Virus record (IMG/VR): IMGVR_UViG_3300046674_000493
Coordinates: 1 to 39,132 of that record
Reading direction: 5' to 3' (one strand)
Source: a virus
DNA: 39,132 nucleotides
Notes under the pieces: generated by a model
What the model was told of the DNA's origin: nothing
Seen by the model: the letters and a program-made list of their open reading frames with translations, nothing else
Database searches by the model: none
Translations under genes and position numbers: made by a program
Shown here: piece after piece, positions 15,704 through 23,354 of the stretch
Position numbering within the stretch: position 1 is the stretch's first letter
Layout: each line of letters begins with the position of its first letter

Positions 15704-17265
15704 GCGCCGAAGCGCAGTGGGCGCAGGACGTGAAGGCCCGGACGTGGGACAGCGGAGTGTATCCCGAAGATGCAGAGGGCTGGGACGAGCCGGTTCCGCT
15801 GGCTCCTCCTCCCCCGCTGCCGCTGGATCCGGCACGCCTGCGTGGCATCGGCGTGATGGCCGAGGCCGTCGCCAGGAGCCTGCAAGTCCCGGTCGACCTG
15901 CCGGCATGGCTCGGGATGGCCGTCGCTTCCACGGCGATCGGCGGCCGCCGGACCGTCACCCCCAAGGACGACTGGGTGGAGCCCGTCACGCTGTACACGA
16001 TGCCGGTGGCCGCCCCCGGCGAGATGAAGTCACCAGCCCTGTCACTGATGGCCAAGCCTGTTTTCGACGAGCAGAAGCGCCGGCGGGACGAGGACAAGCA
16101 CAGCGTCGCCCGCGACCAGCAGGACCGACGCATCGCCGAAGCATGCATCTCGGATGCCGAGTCCAAGGTGATCAAGGCCTCCGACGCCGAGAAGCGGAAG
16201 TCAGCTCGAACGAACCTCGACATGGCCCGTGACGAGCTCGAAGCCCTCGGCGCGCCGAAGGTGTTCACCCAGCTGATCGCCGACGACACGACGCCGGAGG
16301 CCGCTGTGGACGTGATCGCCGAACAGGGCGAGCGCCTAGCCGTCCTCTCGACGGAGTCCTCCTTCCTGGGGAACGTAGGAGGCCGGTACAGCAAGTCCGC
16401 CAACCCCGAGATCGTGCTGAAGGCCTGGAACCACGAGCCTCACTCCGTGAACCGGAAGACGGGCAAGACGCTCATCCTGGAGCGCCCGAACCTCTCCCTC
16501 GGCCTGGCCGTCCAACCCGGGTTCCTCACGGGCATGGGCGAGACCGGCGACGTGTTCGAAGCTCGCGGGCTGATGGCCCGGTTCATCTTCTCCATGCCCA
16601 CCAGCCGTGTCGGCGAGCGGGTGTACGACACCGCAGCAATCCCGGCCGACGTCCGGAACGCCTACACGGATGCGGTGCTGCGGATGATGACGGTCATCTG
16701 GGATGACGAGGAGAACCGGGAGATGCAGCTCGACGAGAAGGCCAAGGAGTCCTTCAAGTCGTTCTGGGAGGAGCTGGAGCCCCGGCACAAGGCGCACGGC
16801 GATCTGGCCTCGGTCGAGGGGTGGGCGAAGAAGCTGCCCGGCCAGGTGCTGCGCATCGCGGCGGTCCTCACCTTGTTCGAGGCACCGGACTGTCTGACCG
16901 TGAGCGGCGAGATCATGGACGACGCCATCAGCCTGGTGCCTTACATGATTGACCATGCCCGCCGAGTCGCTGATCTCATGTCAGCCGAGCGGCAGTCGAA
17001 GCTGGGACCCGCGCGGGCCGTTCTGGACTGGCTCCGCCGCACGGAAACGCGAGGTCGATTCGCCGCCGGCGATGTGGAGAAGGGCGTCCGAGGCCAGCAG
17101 TGGTGCACCTCCGTCGAGGACGTGGACTCGGCGATCGCACTCCTACTGAGGTCGGACTGGCTTCGGTGCATCGATCCGCCGGAGCGCGAGCCGGGTACGC
17201 GTGGCCGGCCGCCCAAGCCGCGCTTCGTGGCGCACCCGGCCGTGTTCATCCCTCCTCCGCGCTGA
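15700..17265 (+). CDS. DUF3987-like replication protein (primase-associated, helicase-position)
   Basis: GTGA overlap with the primase stop. 521 aa with text resembling YfjI/DUF3987 proteins that follow primases on integrative elements (from memory). No classical Walker A motif seen. Confidence 0.65.
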   Translation: MSAEAQWAQDVKARTWDSGVYPEDAEGWDEPVPLAPPPPLPLDPARLRGIGVMAEAVARSLQVPVDLPAWLGMAVASTAIGGRRTVTPKDDWVEPVTLYTMPVAAPGEMKSPALSLMAKPVFDEQKRRRDEDKHSVARDQQDRRIAEACISDAESKVIKASDAEKRKSARTNLDMARDELEALGAPKVFTQLIADDTTPEAAVDVIAEQGERLAVLSTESSFLGNVGGRYSKSANPEIVLKAWNHEPHSVNRKTGKTLILERPNLSLGLAVQPGFLTGMGETGDVFEARGLMARFIFSMPTSRVGERVYDTAAIPADVRNAYTDAVLRMMTVIWDDEENREMQLDEKAKESFKSFWEELEPRHKAHGDLASVEGWAKKLPGQVLRIAAVLTLFEAPDCLTVSGEIMDDAISLVPYMIDHARRVADLMSAERQSKLGPARAVLDWLRRTETRGRFAAGDVEKGVRGQQWCTSVEDVDSAIALLLRSDWLRCIDPPEREPGTRGRPPKPRFVAHPAVFIPPPR

Positions 17266-17380
17266 TTTTCTCCATTAATTCCATGCCGCAGGGGTCTCGC
17301 GACTTATCTCCAGGAGTCCCCGTAAGTCCATTTTTTAACTAAATATAACTCTCTGCTACTGAGCAGGTAACTCAGAGTCG
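17266..17380. promoter_or_regulatory. AT-rich intergenic region (candidate origin and/or promoter)
   Basis: The most A/T-rich stretch of the window (CCATTTTTTAACTAAATATAACTCTC). It carries small hairpins CTGCT-ACTG-AGCAG and CTGAG-CAGGTAA-CTCAG and lies directly downstream of the replication genes. Confidence 0.35.
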
Positions 17381-17491
17381 ATGACCCGACGACCTGTGCC
17401 AGCCTCCCCGCTTCGTGGGCCATGGAGAAAAGGGAGAAAAGCCAGTACCCGTCGCCAACCCCCCGCCGACTCGACCGCGAAGGAGAAGATC

Positions 17492-17758
17492 ATGACCGTC
17501 CAGACAGCGGGAGACCTGCTCCACGACGTCCTCATGGCGTCACCCCCTTATGACCGCCGGAGGCACGCCGACGATGCCGCCCGTACGGCGCTTCTCGCTC
17601 TCGTCGACGCACTCGCCTACGAGGACGACAGTCCCCATCGGATCGAGTACCTGCACTCCCTGATCGGAATGCACGGAGCTGGTCCGGACCTCGTCGCCGA
17701 GGCGATCGTTACGGCAGCGGGATGGCTGCAACTGGCACGGATCGGGCGCGAGCCGTGA
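17492..17758 (+). CDS. Hypothetical protein
   Basis: ATG after a GAAGGAGAAG RBS; 88 aa. The track start 17381 lies in non-coding-looking sequence. Confidence 0.5.
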   Translation: MTVQTAGDLLHDVLMASPPYDRRRHADDAARTALLALVDALAYEDDSPHRIEYLHSLIGMHGAGPDLVAEAIVTAAGWLQLARIGREP

Positions 17759-17937
17759 AGCGCCCGCTGCGGACCCGTGCACGGTCCTGCACTGGCAAGC
17801 GGGCCCATGAGACCGAGGGTTCAGCCACTGAGCACCTGGGTCGACTGATGCGGCAGGGCGGGGTCCGGCTCAACGCCTACCGCTGCAAGTTCTGCCAGTT
17901 GTGGCACGTCGGCCACCTTCCCAAGCCCCGTACCTGA
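17755..17937 (+). CDS. Small Cys/His protein (YRCxxCxxWHxGH motif)
   Basis: GTGA overlap; C-terminal text AYRCKFCQLWHVGH. Confidence 0.5.
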   Translation: MKRPLRTRARSCTGKRAHETEGSATEHLGRLMRQGGVRLNAYRCKFCQLWHVGHLPKPRT

Positions 17938-17946
17938 GAGGCCAGC

Positions 17947-18165
17947 ATGCTCACCATCCCCTCAGACCTCGCCACCTGGCGTCCCAACGACGTCACCGCG
18001 TGGCTCTCCAACATCTGCGAGGACCGCCGGGTCACCGATCAGGAGTTCGCGGCGGCGCAGGCTGCCGTGCACACGGCCCTGCTCAGCCCGACCGGGCCCA
18101 CTCCGGTCGGTGCGGTCGTCGTCGAGCTGGCCCCGTTCCGCCAACGGACCGGTCGCACCGCCTGA
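17947..18165 (+). CDS. Hypothetical protein
   Basis: ATG 17947 after GAGAGG; 72 aa. Confidence 0.5.
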   Translation: MLTIPSDLATWRPNDVTAWLSNICEDRRVTDQEFAAAQAAVHTALLSPTGPTPVGAVVVELAPFRQRTGRTA

Positions 18166-18235
18166 CCCGTCCGCCGCCCGGCCACACCACGCCGACGGCA
18201 CCGCCCAACCCGCCAGCCCAGCCCGGAGGTACCCA

Positions 18236-18856
18236 GTGAACTGCCTCACCTGCGAAGAGCCGACCCAGTACGGCGCCTACCTGTGCCAGCCCTGCACCAG
18301 CAAGACGGACGACTACCTGCGGGGGCTGCCGGCGCTGTACGAAGCGCTCGGCGCGTATCTGCGGCCCTCGTCGCAGGTGTCAGTGTCGGTCGGCAGTAGC
18401 AGTCCGGCGCCGGACGCGCCGATGCCGGTGTCCGAGCCCGCCTTGGACCTGCGAGGCCCGGGCGGGATGGTGCAGGTCATGGAGGACTGGCGACAGGCGT
18501 GGTGCGAGGACGCCGGGATCCGGTGGCCGGGCGCCTTCGGGGACTACCAGGGCCGGCTGCTGCGGGTGGTCCGGGCGCTGCGCGGGCAGTTGCCGGCCAT
18601 CGCCAGCTCCTGGCCGGAGGCCGGCAGCTTCGCGGCGGAGGTCCGGCAGCTGCACGGGGCGGCCAGTTCGATCATCGCGCCGCGCGAGCGGACGGTGCGG
18701 GCTGGCACCTGCTCGGCGAAGCTGGACGACGGGTCGGTGTGCGGCGCGGTGCTCCGGGCGACGCCGGCCGTGCCGGAGATCCGGTGTGCGTGGTGCAAGA
18801 CCGCCTACCCGCCCAGCACCTGGCTGGACCTGGCAGACAGTCAGGCTGCGGCATGA
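18236..18856 (+). CDS. Zinc-finger-containing hypothetical protein
   Basis: GTG after GGAGGT. N-terminal CLTCEE..LCQPC and C-terminal CSAKLDDGSVC...CAWC cysteine pairs. Confidence 0.55.
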   Translation: MNCLTCEEPTQYGAYLCQPCTSKTDDYLRGLPALYEALGAYLRPSSQVSVSVGSSSPAPDAPMPVSEPALDLRGPGGMVQVMEDWRQAWCEDAGIRWPGAFGDYQGRLLRVVRALRGQLPAIASSWPEAGSFAAEVRQLHGAASSIIAPRERTVRAGTCSAKLDDGSVCGAVLRATPAVPEIRCAWCKTAYPPSTWLDLADSQAAA

Positions 18857-19155
18857 ATCGCGTGTTGGACTTGCCAGACGTAAGCACTGGTGCTTACAGT
18901 TGTGACGTGGCCAACGCATCCGGTACCTACAGGGATGTGAATACCTGGAGAGAACGCCATGACCGCGCCGTTCAGGACCAAGAGGCCGCACGTCAGGCCT
19001 ACCGCAAAGCCAGCATCGAACGGGCGCTCGCCCTACGAGACGGAGAAGCCGAACTCGGCTCACAAGCTGCCGTAGCTCGCGCACTCGGAGTCACTCGCCC
19101 AATCGTCAACCGGGCAATCCGAGCCCTCCACAAAGCCGAGGAAACCCCCGGCTAA
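18853..19155 (+). CDS. Small HTH DNA-binding protein with atypical (low GC3) codon usage
   Basis: ATGA overlap. C-terminal HTH text GSQAAVARALGVTRPIVNRAIRAL. Many A/T-ending codons (TTG, CCA, GTA, ACT, GGT, AGT, AGA, GAA, CAA, AAA). Confidence 0.55.
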   Translation: MNRVLDLPDVSTGAYSCDVANASGTYRDVNTWRERHDRAVQDQEAARQAYRKASIERALALRDGEAELGSQAAVARALGVTRPIVNRAIRALHKAEETPG

Positions 19156-19169
19156 GCACAACGCAAGCA

Positions 19170-19203
19170 GCCCTGCTCTGGTGTTAGAGCACCAGAGCAG
19201 GGC
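19170..19203. terminator. Strong hairpin
   Basis: Perfect 14-bp stem GCCCTGCTCTGGTG / CACCAGAGCAGGGC with a 6-nt loop. Confidence 0.65.
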
Positions 19204-19239
19204 CTGACCGAACCCCTTGCCTCAACAAGGAGCCCAGCT

Positions 19240-19878
19240 GTGCGCCATCTTGCCATGCCCACGAACACCCCGGCCCTCGGCCCGGACCAGCAGTTCGAGG
19301 TGATCTACCGCGACCACTCCCGGCAGATCACCACCCACATCGCGGCGAACCTCTACCGCACCGACCGCCACCTCGCCGAGGACCTCACCGCCGAGACGTT
19401 CATCCGCCTCTGGCGCAGCCTCACCGCCGGCATTCAGGTTGAGCACCCCCGCGCGCTGCTCAACACCATCGCCGGCCGGGCCATCGCCGACCACTTCCGC
19501 CGCGCCAGCAGCCGCGAGGCCGTCACCGACTTCACCGTCGGCAACCACACCGAGGTCGCCAGCGGCGCCGCGTACGTCCCGCACCTCTCCCTGCTGCTGG
19601 CCGAGGTCGAGCAGGCCGAGCAGCACCTCACCGAGGCCTGCGACGCCTACAAGGCCCTCACCCAGCGGTATGCCTCCGCCTGCGGCCTCCTCGCGCTGGC
19701 AACGCCCGAGCAGCACGCCCGAGCGGTCATCCGCCGCGACCGCGCCGTCCTGCTCCGCGAGGCCGCGCTCGACGAGTTCGCTGCTGCCGCGCTCGCCGCC
19801 GCCCGGGCCCGAGCCGCCTGGAACGCGGGCGCCGATACGGCCACCGCTGGCCGCGCCGAGCTGAAGGCAGCGGCCTGA
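19240..19878 (+). CDS. Sigma-70 family region-2-only protein (ECF-like N-domain, Ala-rich helical C-terminus)
   Basis: GTG after AAGGAG. FEVIYRDHSRQI...DRHLAEDLTAETFIRLWRSL...ALLNTIAGRAIADHFRR matches sigma region 2.1-2.4 patterns. No region-4 HTH is recognisable. Confidence 0.65.
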   Translation: MRHLAMPTNTPALGPDQQFEVIYRDHSRQITTHIAANLYRTDRHLAEDLTAETFIRLWRSLTAGIQVEHPRALLNTIAGRAIADHFRRASSREAVTDFTVGNHTEVASGAAYVPHLSLLLAEVEQAEQHLTEACDAYKALTQRYASACGLLALATPEQHARAVIRRDRAVLLREAALDEFAAAALAAARARAAWNAGADTATAGRAELKAAA

Positions 19879-20153
19879 TGGCCGCCCGGCGCCTGCCCGA
19901 CTACGCGGCCGACGGCCCCCTGCACTTGCTCATGCTGCACATGAACCTGGACGTCGACGACCCGCAGGACGTCCTCCTCGCTGCGGTCTACCAGTTGGCC
20001 GCCAGGCTGGAGCGGCGCATCGCGCCGTGGGACGCCGAGGGCCTCGACCTGCTCGGCGCGCACGCCTCGTACCGGCTGACGGCCGGCTCGTGCAGCGTCC
20101 ACCTGGCCGCCCGCGTCGCCCCGTACAACGAGCTGCAGAGCAGCGTCCGGTGA
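19878..20153 (+). CDS. Hypothetical protein
   Basis: ATGA overlap; 91 aa. Confidence 0.5.
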   Translation: MAARRLPDYAADGPLHLLMLHMNLDVDDPQDVLLAAVYQLAARLERRIAPWDAEGLDLLGAHASYRLTAGSCSVHLAARVAPYNELQSSVR

Positions 20154-20545
20154 GGGCCGACCGCACCGTGACGGTGCAGACCTGGGACCAGGGGCCCGTG
20201 ACCACCCCCGAGCCGGAATGGTGCACCGGCGAGCACGAGGACGGCCTGCACCTGGTCGACCTCGTCCACGACGGACCCGACATCAGCCTGACCGTCGACA
20301 CCGAGGCCGGCCCGGTCGAGCTCCTGCACCTGCTGCTCACGCAGTACCCGTACGCCACCCGGCCCGAGGCCCGGGCGCTGTACATGGCGGTCAACCTCGA
20401 AGGCGGCTACCGCCCCTTCCGGGACGACATCGCGCTGTACCGGCTCGCCGACCAGCTCGTCGAGAACGCCGTGCAGCTGCGCGCCATCGCCCGCCAGCTC
20501 GCCGAACTCCGCATTGCCGAGGATGACTCGGCCAACAGCCAGTGA
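20150..20545 (+). CDS. Hypothetical protein (PEWCTGEH motif)
   Basis: GTGA overlap; 131 aa. The text resembles a family common in actinophages and plasmids (from memory). Confidence 0.5.
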   Translation: MRADRTVTVQTWDQGPVTTPEPEWCTGEHEDGLHLVDLVHDGPDISLTVDTEAGPVELLHLLLTQYPYATRPEARALYMAVNLEGGYRPFRDDIALYRLADQLVENAVQLRAIARQLAELRIAEDDSANSQ

Positions 20546-20666
20546 CCGGCCCGAAGTGCCCGTGTGGCTGCGGCAACCCGCCCGGCCAGCACACCCCGCC
20601 CCGCCCGTAGCTCACCCGGCGGAAGTGCCAGCGCCCCGTGCGCCGTGGTCACCGCCCCCATCACCG

Positions 20667-20703
20667 CCCGGGGCCGAGGTGCAGACACACCCTCGGCCCC
20701 GGG
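20667..20703. terminator. Hairpin followed by GGGCCACCAAC box
   Basis: Perfect 13-bp stem CCCGGGGCCGAGG / CCTCGGCCCCGGG with an 11-nt loop. Confidence 0.5.
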
Positions 20704-20730
20704 CCACCAACACACTTCAAGGGGATACCC

Positions 20731-21057
20731 ATGTCCGACCGCGCCGACTTCACCACCGGCCTTCGCCAGCTCGCCGACTGGCTCGACGCCAACCCCCAGG
20801 TCAGGCAGCCCGGCTCCGAGCGTCTCCTGATCTCGCTGTCCACCAACCCGGCCGTCGAGGAGTTCGCGGCCCAGCACGGCCTGCAGACCACGGCCGACGA
20901 CGAGGGCAACCTCTCCGCCGACCTCACCTTCGGGCCGATCACCTACCACGCCTACGGCTACGTCGACTTCGACGCGCACTGCGCCCGCAACGACGAGCGC
21001 CGCGCACGCAGCTGGGCCGCCGAGCAGGGCCTGACCCTCACCCCGCAGACCTCCTGA
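20731..21057 (+). CDS. Hypothetical protein
   Basis: ATG after CAAGGGGA; 108 aa. Confidence 0.55.
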   Translation: MSDRADFTTGLRQLADWLDANPQVRQPGSERLLISLSTNPAVEEFAAQHGLQTTADDEGNLSADLTFGPITYHAYGYVDFDAHCARNDERRARSWAAEQGLTLTPQTS

Positions 21058-21065
21058 CCCCTCCG

Positions 21066-21091
21066 CCCGGGCCGGAGGACCCCGGCCCGGG
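21066..21091. terminator. Hairpin followed by GGGCCACCAAC box
   Basis: Perfect 10-bp stem CCCGGGCCGG / CCGGCCCGGG with a 6-nt loop. Confidence 0.45.
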
Positions 21092-21116
21092 CCACCAACC
21101 CCCGGAGCACACACCC

Positions 21117-22190
21117 ATGAGCCTGCTCATGCGCAACGTCACGCGCACCCGCACTGTCCCCTTCGCCCCGTACCCCGGCGCCCCCGTCGAGCACTTCGAC
21201 GAGGAGTACATCGTCACCGTCCCCCGCGACTGGGACCGAGCCGTCCTCGTCGGCGTCGCGGTCGGAACCGGCCTCCTCCTCACCCTCGCCGTCAGCTGGT
21301 CCACCGCCAGCATCGGCGCCCTGCTCGCGCTCAGCGGAGTGATGGCCGTCATCGCGTACGGCGTCGCCGCCGTCTTCGACGCCGCATGGATCATCTGCAT
21401 GGCCCTGGAGTGGCTCGCCCGCTACGACCCCCGCAAGGCCGTCCTGCCGCGCCGCGCAGGCTACGCAGCCCTCGGCATCTCCATGGCCTCCATCGCCACC
21501 GAGGCCGTCATCATCACGGGCGGGTGGAAGGGAATCGCCGTCGGGCTCATCGGCTCCGCCGTCTCCCTCATCGCCAAGGGGATCTGGACGCTCGCCATCC
21601 GGCACACGGCCAAGCCGCTGAGCCCGATCGAGCAGCAGTATGTGGCCCGGCGACAGGCCGCCGCCGGCGCCGAGCTCGCCATGGCCGGCATCGAGCGTCA
21701 GCTGGAGCGCTCCCGCTCGCACCTCACCGCCTACCGCGAGGCCTACGCCCGGCCCGCCGTCGTGGAGGCGCCCAAGGACATCGACCGGGCAGCCGACCAC
21801 GCCCGCAGTCTGCTGCCCGGCGCCACTGATGACGAGATCACCGCCCAGCTCACCGACGCCGGGCTGGTCATGTGGCCGGTCATTCCGCCGGTCACATCGC
21901 ACCTGCGGGATGACCACCGATCTGACCACTCGGATGACCACAGTCCCGACCGCACCCCGGCCACCGTCTCGGTCGGATTCCAGCGCCGCGAGCCGGTCAC
22001 CCCGCCGGTCACCCCACCCCCCGGCCAGATGACCGGCGCCGAACTCCTGGCTGCCGCACGGCGCCTTGACCGCGAGGCCCGCAAAGGGAAGCCGTCCATC
22101 CCGGTCACCATTCAGACCCTCCAGGACGAGCTCGGCCTCTCCCGCCGCGACGCCCGGGACCTGCGCCGCAACATCGTCGGCGAGGAGTAG
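21117..22190 (+). CDS. Polytopic membrane protein with C-terminal HTH-like tail (DUF2637/Spd-like, unverified)
   Basis: ATG 21117. About five hydrophobic segments (e.g. AVLVGVAVGTGLLLTLAVSW, IGALLALSGVMAVIAYGVAAVF, IAVGLIGSAVSLIAKGIWTLAI), a helical middle part, and a C-terminal TIQTLQDELGLSRRDARDLRR. Confidence 0.65.
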   Translation: MSLLMRNVTRTRTVPFAPYPGAPVEHFDEEYIVTVPRDWDRAVLVGVAVGTGLLLTLAVSWSTASIGALLALSGVMAVIAYGVAAVFDAAWIICMALEWLARYDPRKAVLPRRAGYAALGISMASIATEAVIITGGWKGIAVGLIGSAVSLIAKGIWTLAIRHTAKPLSPIEQQYVARRQAAAGAELAMAGIERQLERSRSHLTAYREAYARPAVVEAPKDIDRAADHARSLLPGATDDEITAQLTDAGLVMWPVIPPVTSHLRDDHRSDHSDDHSPDRTPATVSVGFQRREPVTPPVTPPPGQMTGAELLAAARRLDREARKGKPSIPVTIQTLQDELGLSRRDARDLRRNIVGEE

Positions 22191-22193
22191 GCC

Positions 22194-22340
22194 GTGCTCG
22201 CCCTGCTGCTCTTCGCGCTCCCCGCCGCCATGGTCGCCGCCGGCGCCGGCCTCCTGCCGCGCCGCCCCCTCCTCGCACTCCTCCAGGCGACCCTCTGCCT
22301 CTGGGCCGCCACCCTTCTCATCATCATCACCTGGAGCTGA
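22194..22340 (+). CDS. Small membrane protein (48 aa, not in ORF track)
   Basis: GTG after GAGGAG. Translation VLALLLFALPAAMVAAGAGLL...LCLWAATLLIIITWS. Strong GC3 bias. Confidence 0.45.
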   Translation: MLALLLFALPAAMVAAGAGLLPRRPLLALLQATLCLWAATLLIIITWS

Positions 22341-22345
22341 CCGTC

Positions 22346-22507
22346 ATGAGCGTCCTGTCCAAGCTCATCGGCACCACCGTCAAGACCACCACCGGCAGCC
22401 GGACCCCGCGAGAGCGCGCCCGCCGCGCCGCCGAGATCCGCCGCATCGACAAGGGCACCGCCAACTGGCTCCGCGCCGGCGGCTGGAACCCCCGGAAGGA
22501 CCGCTGA
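22346..22507 (+). CDS. Small basic protein (53 aa, not in ORF track)
   Basis: ATG after GGAG. Translation MSVLSKLIGTTVKTTTGSRTPRERARRAAEIRRIDKGTANWLRAGGWNPRKDR. GC3 bias. Confidence 0.4.
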   Translation: MSVLSKLIGTTVKTTTGSRTPRERARRAAEIRRIDKGTANWLRAGGWNPRKDR

Positions 22508-22509
22508 CC

Positions 22510-22797
22510 ATGGCCCTCAACCTCGATCAGCTCCGACCCAGCTACAACCTCTCCGCCCTCGGGGCCAGCATCGCCCCCGCCATCTGGTGGGGCCACACCC
22601 TCACCGCGTCGACCACCTCGGGCCCCCTCGCCCCCCTCGGCCTCACCCTCGCCGCCCTGCTCGCCACCGGCGCCGCCGACCTCAAGGTCGGCCTGTGGCC
22701 CACCCGGGCCCTGCTCCTCACCCCCATCACCGCCCTGCTCGTCAGCACGCCCGCCCTGCACGCCGTCCTCAACGTCACCACCGGAGCCGCCCTGTGA
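22510..22797 (+). CDS. Membrane protein
   Basis: ATG 3 nt after the previous stop; 95 aa with about three hydrophobic segments. Confidence 0.5.
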   Translation: MALNLDQLRPSYNLSALGASIAPAIWWGHTLTASTTSGPLAPLGLTLAALLATGAADLKVGLWPTRALLLTPITALLVSTPALHAVLNVTTGAAL

Positions 22798-23354
22798 GCA
22801 CCACCACCGTCACCCTCGGCGGCGCGGCCGTCGGCCTCGTGCTCCACATCCGCGAGTTCGGCCCCGGCCTCTGGGCCATCGCCATGAAGAAGGCCGGCAA
22901 GGGAGGCCCGCCCAAGGGTGACGGCGCCGATGCCGACACCAAGAGCCGGTTCGACATCAGGGCCCACACGCCCTACCTGCTGGGCGACGGCATCGGCATG
23001 CTCGCCATCGCCGTCCCCGGAGGATTCATCGGCACCGTCGCCGGCCGGATCCTCGGCATCAGCAACAGCCTCGGCGACAGGGTGCTCTCGGCCGGGGCCG
23101 GCAGCCCCACCGTCGCCGCCACCCGGGCCGCTGCCCACACGATGGACAGCTACGGCAGCCTGGTCGTCCTGCTCCTGGTCGCCACCGTCTTCGTGCTGCG
23201 CAAGTCGATGTCGAAGCCGCAGCGCAAGCAGCTGATCACCGGGATCTGGTCCGGCTCCACGATCGGCCTGTCCGCCGGCGCGGCCGGCCTCACCGCCGCC
23301 GTCCTCATCCCCGTCGCCCAGCAGCTCGGCCACGCCATCGGCGGCCAGCTGTGA
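22794..23354 (+). CDS. Membrane protein
   Basis: GTGA overlap; 186 aa; several hydrophobic segments (GAAVGLVLHI, GIGMLAIAVPGGFIGTVAG, LVVLLLVATVFVL, IGLSAGAAGLTAAVLIPVA). Confidence 0.55.
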   Translation: MSTTTVTLGGAAVGLVLHIREFGPGLWAIAMKKAGKGGPPKGDGADADTKSRFDIRAHTPYLLGDGIGMLAIAVPGGFIGTVAGRILGISNSLGDRVLSAGAGSPTVAATRAAAHTMDSYGSLVVLLLVATVFVLRKSMSKPQRKQLITGIWSGSTIGLSAGAAGLTAAVLIPVAQQLGHAIGGQL

